Below are positions 30,447-40,706 of a DNA stretch of 64,000 nucleotides, one piece after another. Position 1 is the stretch's first letter; each line of letters opens with the position of its first letter. Below the pieces are notes generated by a model that had not been told where the DNA came from, did no database searches, and saw nothing but the letters and a program-made list of their open reading frames with translations. This stretch comes from Trypanosoma brucei. Lineage: Eukaryota. Location of the stretch: positions 544,001 to 608,000 of the forward strand of contig CP000066.1 of assembly GCA_000002445.1 (NCBI GenBank). Direction: 5' to 3'. Both the position numbers and the translations under genes were made by a program.

Positions 30447-31208
30447 TCAACCCTCAGATGCGGTGAGTGTTGCCAGTGACAAAGCCCTCCCTACCAGTTC
30501 CTCAACATGTGAATCAGTTATTTTCTTCTCATCGTTGTCCTTGAGCAAGAATTCTACTTCCACCTCGTATCCGGTAGTGTGTTTGTCGCGAACTCGGGTG
30601 AGATCATAGCGAAACAAACCATCAGTCACGCTCAAGCGGTCCTTGTGGCGCGTGTACCCCCTCGTGGGAGCGAAATTAGGGCTGGGTAGCTCTCCTGTAA
30701 TTTCAGTGCATGCAGAAAAGCGAATGTCGTATGCCCCAGATGGAACGGGAACATCCAAGACAAAAAGTCGCTCCTTTCTTATGCACGCGATGCATTCACT
30801 GGGCTTCCCAGAGGTGTAGGTGTAGCGCCATTGACCAAAGGAGACATCACGGGTAGTCGAACGGGTAACACTCCCTTCTTTACCCTTGTCAAGACAAAAT
30901 TCCTCAATTCGCTTGTAATCTTCCTCGGCAACACCAGGCATCACCTCCGTCCTGGTTTTGCGTGCCCTTCGGCCCTTCCACTCGCGCTCTGAGGAAGTTG
31001 ATCCAGACTTGTCACTCACTTCTGCGCGCCGGCACAGACGAGCTTCCAACTCCATATGCGTGTGGTCAAGGGACTGCAAACGCTGAAATAATTCCTCCAC
31101 TATGGTTCGTTTCTCATCTGTCTTCGCTAGTACCTCACAGTCATCACGCCTCTCGTCATTTCGCTCGTTACGCTCTCTCTTTCGCCTTCGTTCCGTCGCT
31201 TCCATCAT
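30447..31208 (-). CDS. CET1: mRNA-capping RNA 5'-triphosphatase of the triphosphate-tunnel-metalloenzyme family (Cet1-like).
   Basis: About 252-253 aa after trimming the TTG-initiated track ORF to the first ATG. Motif A-like ELEARL near the N-terminus and motif C-like YEVEVEFLL near the C-terminus carry the paired-glutamate beta-strands of the tunnel. The size matches the reported 252-aa trypanosome Cet1. Confidence 0.55.
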   Translation of the reverse strand: MMEATERRRKRERNERNDERRDDCEVLAKTDEKRTIVEELFQRLQSLDHTHMELEARLCRRAEVSDKSGSTSSEREWKGRRARKTRTEVMPGVAEEDYKRIEEFCLDKGKEGSVTRSTTRDVSFGQWRYTYTSGKPSECIACIRKERLFVLDVPVPSGAYDIRFSACTEITGELPSPNFAPTRGYTRHKDRLSVTDGLFRYDLTRVRDKHTTGYEVEVEFLLKDNDEKKITDSHVEELVGRALSLATLTASEG

Positions 31209-31547
31209 TCTATGGACTTTTCGCAAACTATTTGAGAAGTTTGAGCGTTTGTAGGTATTAGGAGTTCAGTGAAGACAATCTTGGTATATTATTTTGTTGT
31301 TGCTATCTCGACCCTATCGTTACAACCCCGGTTCTCACCCTTCACCCCGGTACGCACAAACACGTACACCCAGCAGCAATAAAAAATCACATTGAAACGC
31401 ACAGACACCGTTCTCATGAGTCGCGCAGAAGAGCCCATTGCAACAAACATCCGTCTGCAATTAGACCACAGACCCACCCAGCTATCAGAGCCAACTTCAG
31501 GATCCCACCACCTCCTCCACCGGTATCATGGTGCTTCGGATTCCACC

Positions 31548-32594
31548 TCATGAAGTGCGAGAGCGCTTGCGACGCAGAAGGGGGCACTCTTCCCGCGTGT
31601 GCCCACCGTCATTACAATAACTGCAGAGCACATATGAAGTTGCATGGGCACGTCCCCGGCTCCCAACCGCGTGCGTTGCACCCTCTGCGTTTTGCCTCTC
31701 TAGAATCTCCCTCACCTGTATCTCGCGTTCGCGCTCTCTCTCTTCCGTTGTCTTACAAGCCTCAGCAACCAGCTTCTCAACCTCCACCATCAAGTTCTTC
31801 GCTTCGCCGTGACTGGGATCCAGCTCAAGGCAACGCCGCAGTGCTGTGCAAGACTCTTGTGGACGCTTCAGCTGATGCTGTGCGCATCCCACTCGAAAGA
31901 ATGCCCTCGCGTACGTCGGATGTACCTCTATAGCTCTCATTCCATCCTTCAGCGATTCCGACCAGCGGCCAGCACGAGCATAAGCAGCACTTCGATTACA
32001 TAGTAAAACAGCCATATCTGCCGCTACGCTACCACCGCCATTCCCCCTGTTACTCTCCCCATTTGAGGCACATTTTGTATGAAGTTCAATCGCTTTGGAG
32101 AAGTGCCGCACAGCACTCAAATACTCGCCCTTCGTCATGGCTTCCTTTCCCTGCTCGATACCCTTGCGATAGTAGTAAGAGTCAAGGGTGTCCTTCGATG
32201 CGACACCTCGGCCACTGCGCATCAGCTCTAACACTAGCTGATGTTGTTCCTTATACAAAATAGTGTTAGGGTCCAACTCGTAGGCACGAGCATAGTGTCG
32301 CGAGGCCTCCTCGTAGTGCTTGAGCCCGTGGTAGGCTGCTGCCATTCGCCCATGAACTTTGCTGTTGCGGTCGTCCATCTGAAGGGCCTCCTTTGCAGCA
32401 CTAAGTGCTTCAGCGAATTGTTCTCGCGCAGCATAACAGGCGCTCATATTAGAAAATGCCCGTATCTTTTGTGCCACTGTGATGTGCTCGTCGGAGCTAA
32501 TCGTCTTGTACAAACCAATGGCGGCGATATGATTTCCTTCACGCACAAGGGATGCCGCCTTGACAAAGTTCTCCTCTAACGCTGCATTGGCCAT
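31548..32594 (-). CDS. TPR-repeat protein with a C-terminal CCHC zinc knuckle.
   Basis: Several 34-residue TPR units (A..Y..A...AL.LDP patterns). C-terminal CSYCNDGGHTREEC has CX2CX4HX4C spacing. The track start is TTG and the first ATG is at 32594. Confidence 0.7.
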   Translation of the reverse strand: MANAALEENFVKAASLVREGNHIAAIGLYKTISSDEHITVAQKIRAFSNMSACYAAREQFAEALSAAKEALQMDDRNSKVHGRMAAAYHGLKHYEEASRHYARAYELDPNTILYKEQHQLVLELMRSGRGVASKDTLDSYYYRKGIEQGKEAMTKGEYLSAVRHFSKAIELHTKCASNGESNRGNGGGSVAADMAVLLCNRSAAYARAGRWSESLKDGMRAIEVHPTYARAFFRVGCAQHQLKRPQESCTALRRCLELDPSHGEAKNLMVEVEKLVAEACKTTEEREREREIQVREILERQNAEGATHAVGSRGRAHATSYVLCSYCNDGGHTREECPLLRRKRSRTS

Positions 32595-33318
32595 TGTACC
32601 CAATAAACTTCCTCACATATACAAAAAAAAAAGTCTCCTCAGAGACAATTAATGTGACAAAAAGGGGGAGAGATGTCCTCAAAGGTCGTTGAGAAGAGGG
32701 AAGAAAAAACAGAATGCGCCACCAAAATGGCAATAGGATGTTTCAGCAGCACACGCCCATATGGGAAAATTATAATAGTATTTGAATGTGGTGCGCGGCT
32801 AAGAGTTGCAGGCAGATCGAGAAAACATCTCATCAATACAGACTGCAAGGAACCCCAACTACCTTTCAGCAACCACCTCCACAACCGGAACAGCTCAACA
32901 CCAAGTAACTCTTTAAGTGAACACTCCACCAGGCGCAAATTTTTTAATCAAACAAATCCCCTGAACCATGGAGAACCTCCACCCTCACATAGCAACTGGA
33001 GGGCAGCACGAGTCAGAGTTGTCACCACAAAAGGAAGTGAGGCATTTACACCTCGAATGAAATATCAGTCCTCACGCACGCCCAAAACGCAAAATGTCAA
33101 TATAACAGCTAGAGTAGCGATAATAATTCTATGAAAGCACAGCTACAAGAGACTAATAGCAGTCAACGCAGATATCAACAATGTGAAGATACACGTACGA
33201 AGACAAACAATGGCGCACGCAAATCGAATTAAAAAGACCTCCGAATGGGAGGCTGCTATTAAGCGACGATCGACAGAAACAGCGAACGCACCGGTTTAAT
33301 TTTACACTTCGTGTTCGC

Positions 33319-35103
33319 TCAAGCAGTACGGTTGTACACACGCAAAAGATCCCGTTGCTTCAAGGGTAACATATCTATCATTTCGCGAGACAGCTGAACT
33401 TCCTTCTCCGTTTCATCCTCCATAGGGTTTGCAGATGCAAAATCAACGGCCTTTTGAAACATTTGAATGGCAACCGAGATATTCTCGAACTCCTCTCTGG
33501 GATTTTTAAAAACAAATTTTAGCTGCAGCTGGGCAAGTCGCATAGCCGCCCTGAAAAATGGCATCCTGGACTCCGATTCGAGTACCTCAGGTACCACCCC
33601 TGATTTTGGATCTTTCCATGTATCACAGAAACGCCTGTAGAAGGACTGATTGACCCTAACGAGGGCGTTCAGGCTCTTGTCACTCAACGGTTTCTCACCC
33701 TCCACAGGGTCGCTTCTCTGACGGATGCGCAGCTCAACTACTTCCTCATGAATGACGCCGAGGTCAAATAACAGTTGCCTCACCAGTGTCGGGTACGCCT
33801 TGAAACTAAGGTCATCTGGGAATTTCTCTAGTAGTGTCACGCGACGCTGATGCATAGCAATAATACGATCACGGCCCGTCTCGAAATGAATAAGCACCTC
33901 ATACAAACGCGCCTTGTCCTTCATGATCTCGATGTGCTCAGTGCAGCACCCATCGTACACATAAAATTTAAGAGCTTCATTAAACCAGTTGGTCGCAGTT
34001 TTGAAACATTCACGGGCGTCGTCAAAAGTTTCGATAATAGGAGGGAATTCTGGTGGGGGGATGTCAAGGGGAAAATCTTCCCACCAGCCCTCCAATTCGT
34101 CCGGTAGGGGGGCACGTGAAGCACAACCACGCTTGACATCAGCATAGTGCTGCAGGCGATGCAAGTAGAACCTTCCGTGTGCCCACGCCACAACACCGAG
34201 GGTCTCCTCAGTTGGATTTTCCTTCGGCATTACGAAACGACCAGCACTGAGGCAGTGTAGCGCTTTACCGTAGTCGTAGTAACTACTGTAAAATGCACTC
34301 AGATGCAGGGCGTTCGTAGCCCAGTCCTTCTTGGAGAACTCCATCTTGTTGAGTAGCTGACTGTACAGCGTTCTGTGGCAGTAACGCGAAGCCATCGCTG
34401 TCATCTGCGATGCTGAATAAACCTGCGCCAAAAAGAAAAGTGTAGATGTAAATGCCGTATCCATTTCGTACCTTGCAGTGTATATTGCCAGTGCATCTGT
34501 GGATATGCTTTCGCGGTCAAGCCCGCCGCTTTCTTTAACAGGAACTTGTTGCATCACGCAACTTCCAGGTAACGATTCAAACCACTTGTTCCAATTGTTA
34601 TATCCCTTTTCGGCAACATGAAGAACCTGCTTGGCATCGTTGAGACGCAATGTCGCATCCCGATTAGAGAAGTAGAGCCCTAGTGCATTATGAACCCGCA
34701 GAAACTCAGTTGCGAATGCAAAACGGTGGGTCGCGTCTATGTAAGGTGCCTCGTTCTGCAGTATTAACTCTATTGGGTGGGGTGTGATGTTCTCAACATC
34801 GGCCAACAGTTCCTCCTTAGCACCGGAAAGAGTAACAGAGTATGCCTTGCGCAGCTCTGTCATGCCCTCCTCTTCTTCCGATGTTTCCAACATGTTTAAA
34901 CCAATGAATATACCACACCGGCAAACTTGACTAAGCGCAGTAAAACTAGGCGACTCTCTGTATGCATTCACAACAGAGTCCCTTAATGATTGCATTTGGC
35001 TCCTGGCCGTGAACTTGGGCTCTAGAACGTTACGCCTCGGTCCCTCCTCTTCACTTAGTTTTACGATGGCATCGTATGACAACGTGAACGCAGTGTGGTC
35101 CAT
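33319..35103 (-). CDS. KIFBP: KIF-binding protein (KBP/KIFBP/KIAA1279) homologue.
   Basis: 594 aa. LFFLAQVYSASQMTAMASRYCHRTLYSQLL...WATNALHLSAFYSSYYDYGKALHCLSAGRFV aligns with human KBP LYYLAQVYQHLEMFEKAAHYCHSTLKRQLE...WAINAATLSQFYINKLCFMEARHCLSAANVI. The C-terminal HIEIMKDKARLYEVLIHFETGRDRIIAMHQRRVTLLE aligns with HIEVVQDHSALFKVLAFFETDMERRCKMHKRRIAMLE. Confidence 0.8.
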   Translation of the reverse strand: MDHTAFTLSYDAIVKLSEEEGPRRNVLEPKFTARSQMQSLRDSVVNAYRESPSFTALSQVCRCGIFIGLNMLETSEEEEGMTELRKAYSVTLSGAKEELLADVENITPHPIELILQNEAPYIDATHRFAFATEFLRVHNALGLYFSNRDATLRLNDAKQVLHVAEKGYNNWNKWFESLPGSCVMQQVPVKESGGLDRESISTDALAIYTARYEMDTAFTSTLFFLAQVYSASQMTAMASRYCHRTLYSQLLNKMEFSKKDWATNALHLSAFYSSYYDYGKALHCLSAGRFVMPKENPTEETLGVVAWAHGRFYLHRLQHYADVKRGCASRAPLPDELEGWWEDFPLDIPPPEFPPIIETFDDARECFKTATNWFNEALKFYVYDGCCTEHIEIMKDKARLYEVLIHFETGRDRIIAMHQRRVTLLEKFPDDLSFKAYPTLVRQLLFDLGVIHEEVVELRIRQRSDPVEGEKPLSDKSLNALVRVNQSFYRRFCDTWKDPKSGVVPEVLESESRMPFFRAAMRLAQLQLKFVFKNPREEFENISVAIQMFQKAVDFASANPMEDETEKEVQLSREMIDMLPLKQRDLLRVYNRTA

Positions 35104-35398
35104 CTAAGAAAGTAGAGGTGTAAAAATTAAATTTCTTCCCCTGTCACAGATGCCAAAAGGTTCAGAAGCAATGTCAAGGATGTCAGCTGTAGGCAATAGG
35201 GGCTCAGTGGGTTAGCCCCAGGAGTGTATAAAACGCCAACCTTCAGAAAAGCAGCTAAACGAAGTAAATCAAAACAGAAATGGAGGGGCACATACTCGAG
35301 TTCAACAACCTACTATTCCGCCAACAGCGGAAAGACGTGAATCTTTAAGTTACCACCAAACAAATAAAAGCTAACCTTACTATGGGAAGAAATGCACT

Positions 35399-36061
35399 TC
35401 ACATAAAGTTGTCATCACCATCGGGAACGTTGGCAGCACCACCCTCATCCCCTATGGTGTCCAATCCCAGTGCATCTCCTGCTGAAGAGCCACCCTTTGC
35501 GGATGCCCCTTCCTTCCCCGGTTGCTCCCGCTTGTCACCCTTTGTTTGCTTCATTTTTCCTTCACAAACCTTACTTGCGTTTGATACCTTGTCCTTAATG
35601 GTCCTGAGGGTGTCAAGGGCGTTGCCTGACTTAAACTCACGGGCTATATCACGGAAAACGACAGAAAGGATTGAGTTGAAGTGTGGAGACTCAGAAAAGC
35701 TAAGAAGGCGGTCAGCCAATACGACACCGAGCGCCTCCGCCTCCGCGGCAGTGTTGACGGGCATGTCAGCGATGAGCTTTACGGCGTTCTCACTGTCTTT
35801 TACCACATTCAGGGCTTCCCCGGCACTGCTTGCCGTGCTTTTCATATCTTCAAGAGCCCTTGCAACGTCAGCGGGTAATAGCTCCTCCTCTTCAGTTCGT
35901 GCAGAAGCTCTGGCACGTCTTCGCTGCCTTTCCTTCTCCAGTAGGGCTTGTTGTTCTCGCAGTTTTCGCTTAAGGGCTTCCTCCTCGGCAGCTTCTCCTT
36001 GCTGGGCTTCAACCTCCCAGTCATCAGCAGCGTCGTCATACTCATGGTAGTCCTCCTCCAT
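35399..36061 (-). CDS. EIF3J: Translation initiation factor eIF3 subunit j (Hcr1) homologue.
   Basis: 220 aa and acidic. N-terminal DDWEVEA corresponds to the human eIF3j DSWDADAF motif. ILSVVFRDIAREFKSGNALDTLRTIKDKV aligns with FLEVLVRDVCISLEIDDLKKITNSLTVL. The C-terminal DGDDNFM matches the conserved eIF3j DYEDFM terminus. Confidence 0.6.
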   Translation of the reverse strand: MEEDYHEYDDAADDWEVEAQQGEAAEEEALKRKLREQQALLEKERQRRRARASARTEEEELLPADVARALEDMKSTASSAGEALNVVKDSENAVKLIADMPVNTAAEAEALGVVLADRLLSFSESPHFNSILSVVFRDIAREFKSGNALDTLRTIKDKVSNASKVCEGKMKQTKGDKREQPGKEGASAKGGSSAGDALGLDTIGDEGGAANVPDGDDNFM

Positions 36062-36930
36062 GGCTATAAGAAGCTAGTTTACCTTTATTTAAAAAAATCC
36101 CTGGCGCACGCCAGACGTTAAGTGGAATTCAAAAGTATCAAGTACAGCCACATACGCGTGCTTCACAGCACCATCACCATAAATTGAGAATAAAGAATAG
36201 TGTCGGGAACAGAAATAAACTTTAAGTGGTCGTTCATTTATTTCCTTCCGATTCTGACGCAGGCGAAATACTCATTTCTTTTTTTCGGTAAATGCCCTTC
36301 CCTTTTTAGACAAAAAAAAACATCTCACTCAACGAGGAGTCGAACAGACGCATCACGTATCGTATAGAAATGTGCAAAGAAACATAATCGCTATTTACTC
36401 CCGCTTACTCAGAGAGTGAAGAACTGCACAGCGAAGAAGAGTGGACCGCGTGCTGACAGTCCCACCACAGAAAACAATCCTATGCTGAGCTCTTTTTGTT
36501 GTTGCCGTTGAGGACTTGTAGCGGTAACATGACTTGAAATTGTGAATCAGTGTGTGTACGTCGCTACGTACATTTAGCACTGACGGATCATGAGTTCCCT
36601 CATCCAAGACGTGTCTCGCCCCTCCTCCATGTACAACCACGGTTTCCCACTCTCCCCCACACCCGTCCTTCTTTACCAAACGTTCCCCTTCCTCGATTTT
36701 TCTTTAACCCCACAAACCCAAGGGAAAAGAAAAAACGCTGCTCACACGTGCCGTTCATTGCTTTATTTGCTTTAATGCCCCCCCCCTTTTACCTTCAACA
36801 AAACATACTCCGTCTCGCTCACATTGCCCGAACCCTTAGACGTCACAAGGGGGGAAATTGTACCAAATTTCCCCTCAAGTTCCTACTGTATAAACAAATA
36901 AACGGAAAAGAAAAAAAGCGATATTGCGCT

Positions 36931-37836
36931 TTAGATTGCCCTCTTTTTCATTAACTCAGCCATCAGCGCCCCGAGCTGAGCGGGTGAATGGGCCACAACG
37001 GCACCTGCAGCTTCAAGTGCTTCCATCTTTCCTTTCGCAGTCCCCTGCCCACCAGAGACAACAGCCCCAGCGTGACCCATTCTGCGTCCTGGGGGGGCAG
37101 TGGCACCACCAATGAAAGTAACCAAAGGTTTCTTGATGGGATGATTCTTTATGAATTCTGCAGCCTCTTCCTCAGCAGTACCACCGATCTCACCAATGAG
37201 AATGATACCTTCAGTTCCAGGATCTTCCAGATACAACTTAACGCAGTCGATCATGTTGGTACCGTTGAACGGATCGCCACCAATTCCCACGCACAACGAC
37301 TGTCCAAGGTTGACGGCTGTTGTTTGGGCAACAGCCTCGTAAGTAAGGGTGCCACTTCGGGAAACCACACCAATGCAGCCCTTCTTGTGGATGTGGCCAG
37401 GCATAATACCAATCTTGCACTCCTCCGGGCGAATAATACCCGGACAGTTAGGACCTATCAGCCGGGTCTTGTTCTGGGAGAGAAGCATAGATTTTACGCG
37501 GAGCATATCCCACTGCGGAATCCCTTCAGTGATAACAACAACCAGGGGAACTTCGGCAACCAAAGCCTCCTCCACTGCTGCAGCGCAGTGAGGAGCAGGG
37601 ACATAAATAACAGTAGCGTCGGCCCCAGTGTTTTTCACTGCCTCAGCAACCGTACCAAAGACAGGCAGGTTAAGGTAGGTCGAACCCGCTTTCTTAGGGT
37701 TCACTCCGCCCACCATTTTGGTGCCATAAGCAATCGCCTGCTCAGTGTGGTATGTGCCGTGCTTCCCCGTTATACCTTGGCATATGACCTTAGTGTTTTG
37801 GTTAATCCACAAGCGGCGAACTGTCCTTGAGAGCAT
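36931..37836 (-). CDS. Succinyl-CoA ligase (ADP/GDP-forming) subunit alpha.
   Basis: 301 aa, ATG start. Canonical CoA-binding and phosphohistidine regions ([49 protein letters not shown]). Near-full-length match to SCS-alpha. Confidence 0.95.
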   Translation of the reverse strand: MLSRTVRRLWINQNTKVICQGITGKHGTYHTEQAIAYGTKMVGGVNPKKAGSTYLNLPVFGTVAEAVKNTGADATVIYVPAPHCAAAVEEALVAEVPLVVVITEGIPQWDMLRVKSMLLSQNKTRLIGPNCPGIIRPEECKIGIMPGHIHKKGCIGVVSRSGTLTYEAVAQTTAVNLGQSLCVGIGGDPFNGTNMIDCVKLYLEDPGTEGIILIGEIGGTAEEEAAEFIKNHPIKKPLVTFIGGATAPPGRRMGHAGAVVSGGQGTAKGKMEALEAAGAVVAHSPAQLGALMAELMKKRAI

Positions 37837-38245
37837 TTCAAATAATGTTTAACTTTAGTCACCTGAGAACACTTAAAGCGAACAAAGAAAATATGTTGTA
37901 TACGTTGTTGTGGGCATGTTAATAATCATTATTCACAGTTACTTACAGGAAAACATTGACCATCCTTTATCATGGAGGCAGAAAACATTAACAACTAACT
38001 TAGGCATGTCTGTATCAGACGAAAATAATGCGCCACGACGTGTGGTTATAATCTTGCACAACAATATATGTATGTGTGTGTAGGAAGAAGCCGGAAAGTG
38101 ATCAATATGACGAAAGAAAGGGAATAACCGCAACGTAATCAAGCGTTGAAAAGCGAGAGAAATTAAGAAGTAAAAACTCAACACAGCTTCCACTCAACCA
38201 ACTCCAAGTCTACTACATCGGCATTTTCACCGATTCCCCTCACTT

Positions 38246-39445
38246 TTAAACCCCAATAGAGATCTTAACTGGAGGACGCGCCACCGTTTGATGAGGGAAC
38301 GCCGCGGGTAATCTAATGTCCTTCTTTTGCGCAAGCACGGTGGGTGGAGGAAGCTCGAATGAATCTTCGGTTGCATTTGTGCGGTGCACCAAAGAGTTGA
38401 TTTTTCGACAGCGCTCAATATTTCTTTGAACAAAAATGCGGCAATCATCAACTAGTTCATCACCCCGAAATGGCAGCTTTTTTTTCTGTAAACCAGATGC
38501 CCTTTTTTCGGTGATGGCATTCGCCGCCAACAAATCAGACTGACTCGCAAGCCACAAACCGGCGGCAGGGTTGCTATCAAACAAACCACTGGAGGCATAC
38601 GAGTACGTTAAAGACTTGAACACATCAACCTTCAGCTTCACAAACGTCAGAACTTCATTGAATATGTTGTGATCGACTGCAACGCAGTTCAGGCCTACTT
38701 TATGAGCCTCTTCGTATATTTTAAAGGTTTGATGGAGGAGTCCCACGGTAAGCATCTTTCCTTCACTTTGTCCGTTTTCAGTGGATCTTGCTGACCCTAT
38801 CTCTTGCGCTTGACCTATGGCAACAAGGTGACAAAACTCCAAAACAGATGCCGAGACGTCCCCGGGTCTGGCGAGTCGTACGTCACCAACTACGTATAAT
38901 TCCATGTCATCAGAGATATCCTTGACAAGACAAAAATATCCGGCAGCTTGTAAAAGATAATGGTAGCATTCCTTCTGAAGGGCAGATGCGTGACCATGCG
39001 CCGATTGCCAACATACTAACCGTTCGCTCACATTCACCAGAATAACCCCGACGTTAAAGTACATGTTCTGTAAATCATAACGAAAGTCGTCAAAGTAAAT
39101 AGTCTCTTGTGGTGAAAGGCACGGAGTCCAACAATAATAATATCCATCTGCTAGGACGGGGTAGTGGTAGAGCAAGGCAGCTAGTTCCTTCGCATAGTCA
39201 TTGACAGCATCGACGACACAGTTGATCACCTTCTCACGCTCCTCAAAATTCTTCCAAAACCCAGTCGCATAATTATTGCTCTGCTTGAACTGGTCACGAA
39301 CCGAGCCAAACTTCGCAATGCACTCAGCTCTCCTTAACTCAAAACTCCTTTTCACGTTAGGAGGTATACTCTTCCAATTTGCATCAACTTTTTCACTAGG
39401 AACAACGGACTCCTTCAAGGCAAAAGTGACAAACCTAAGTAACAT
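38246..39445 (-). CDS. BRO1-like domain protein (BROX-like size).
   Basis: LQNMYFNVGVILVNVSERL, ALQKECYHYLLQAAGYFCLVKD and ASVLEFCHLVAIGQAQEIG resemble the BRO1 helical core. The track start is GTG at 39451 and the first ATG is at 39445. There is no CAAX box. Confidence 0.4.
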   Translation of the reverse strand: MLLRFVTFALKESVVPSEKVDANWKSIPPNVKRSFELRRAECIAKFGSVRDQFKQSNNYATGFWKNFEEREKVINCVVDAVNDYAKELAALLYHYPVLADGYYYCWTPCLSPQETIYFDDFRYDLQNMYFNVGVILVNVSERLVCWQSAHGHASALQKECYHYLLQAAGYFCLVKDISDDMELYVVGDVRLARPGDVSASVLEFCHLVAIGQAQEIGSARSTENGQSEGKMLTVGLLHQTFKIYEEAHKVGLNCVAVDHNIFNEVLTFVKLKVDVFKSLTYSYASSGLFDSNPAAGLWLASQSDLLAANAITEKRASGLQKKKLPFRGDELVDDCRIFVQRNIERCRKINSLVHRTNATEDSFELPPPTVLAQKKDIRLPAAFPHQTVARPPVKISIGV

Positions 39446-39616
39446 CAACACACTGATCTGCTGTTCTCAGCAGTGTTCCCAGGGGAGCCACACAAGTATG
39501 GGGGAAGTGCAAGCAATTTACTGTTCAAAACAATACATGCACATGAGCAGTAAGACAACCAATAAAAAAAATGATAGCAACTGTCACAAAAAATAAGGAA
39601 GTCGTGTAGGCGTTTG

Positions 39617-40513
39617 TCAAAGACATGCGGACGACAAATGCGCTATGTTCTCCTTACCCAAAACAGCTAGACACTCCGACAACAGCATTTCCATATCTTT
39701 GAAATATTCACCTTGCTCGCTGACTAGATTGGACACGGGGTTGTACTGGAGATATTCATCAACATCAGTACAGTCACTGGTAGGAAGGGTAGTTGCCCCT
39801 GACACGCATTTCTGAACTAAGGAAGGATCATCGGTATTAGGCACACACTCACACCGGTTCTCTAAAAGTGGCGATGTATGCTTCACGTAATATCCACGCA
39901 TCTCGCTAAGTGCCAGCATGACCACTTCATTGCGTGAAACATGTTCCTCATCCCATAGGAAGTTACGAACCTCCGTCTCCTGTTGAATTAACCGAGTAAT
40001 CGAATTACCGACCCGAATATCGTTGAGTCCTTGCTCCAGGATTCTTCGTGACGCTGCGAGATCCGCCAACTGTGTTGCAACCTTGTGAACGTTGGTACGG
40101 CAGCGGTCCAAGCGAACTGCCAAACATTCTAGCAATCTTTCCATATACTCTGATTTCTCTGCGAAATTTTTCGTCACATCTTTTATGCCCCGTCTAACCG
40201 ATACTAGCGTCGTGTCAGGTTCAGTCTGCGTGGATGAAGAAAATGTGAAACATTCCGTCTGCGTATCACGGTTTGTAGGTTGTTGAGCGCACTGGATCCC
40301 AACATCTTTCAGATATATGGAATGTTGCACACCTTTACTGAAGATTTTTGACTCTGTTTGGATAGATTTGGAAAACGAGCTTGGCGGGGCCACCACGGGT
40401 TTCCCCTCTATGCTGGGTTGTTGCAACTTATCCTTCCTTGGGTAGCCTTCTATGGACGCTATTACCTCATCGGCGATAGCCAATATACTTTCGGTCTCCC
40501 TCTTCACGGTCAT
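39617..40513 (-). CDS. Hypothetical protein.
   Basis: 298 aa, ATG start. It sits in the minus-strand gene block and is separated from the next gene by only 165 nt, which contain a polypyrimidine tract and AG. Confidence 0.4.
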   Translation of the reverse strand: MTVKRETESILAIADEVIASIEGYPRKDKLQQPSIEGKPVVAPPSSFSKSIQTESKIFSKGVQHSIYLKDVGIQCAQQPTNRDTQTECFTFSSSTQTEPDTTLVSVRRGIKDVTKNFAEKSEYMERLLECLAVRLDRCRTNVHKVATQLADLAASRRILEQGLNDIRVGNSITRLIQQETEVRNFLWDEEHVSRNEVVMLALSEMRGYYVKHTSPLLENRCECVPNTDDPSLVQKCVSGATTLPTSDCTDVDEYLQYNPVSNLVSEQGEYFKDMEMLLSECLAVLGKENIAHLSSACL

Positions 40514-40706
40514 TACGCCTTCGGGAAGAAAACCAACATATGATAGCAGAATTTTCTCTCACTTAGTTAAAAGAAAGCATGCACAGGATATTTCCATTTG
40601 TGCCACGTTGTAACAAAAGCAGAAGGTCGTCATAATCCTCTTTTACGAAGATAATCGAAATAAATCCCAATAATAACAATTCGGTGCCACAGTAAAATCA
40701 GACAGT

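Noticed and set aside
35382-36050. 222-aa Ser/Ala-rich plus-strand ORF antisense to the eIF3j-like gene.
   Set aside because: It is the mirror image of an E/K/A-rich coding sequence. The minus-strand product matches eIF3j motifs and fits the block's orientation, and the plus-strand translation is compositionally biased junk.
36988-37830. 280-aa plus-strand ORF covering almost the whole succinyl-CoA ligase alpha gene on the opposite strand.
   Set aside because: The minus-strand product is an unmistakable, full-length SCS-alpha. The antisense ORF is Ser/Asn/Leu-rich with no motifs. It is also in the wrong orientation for this gene block.
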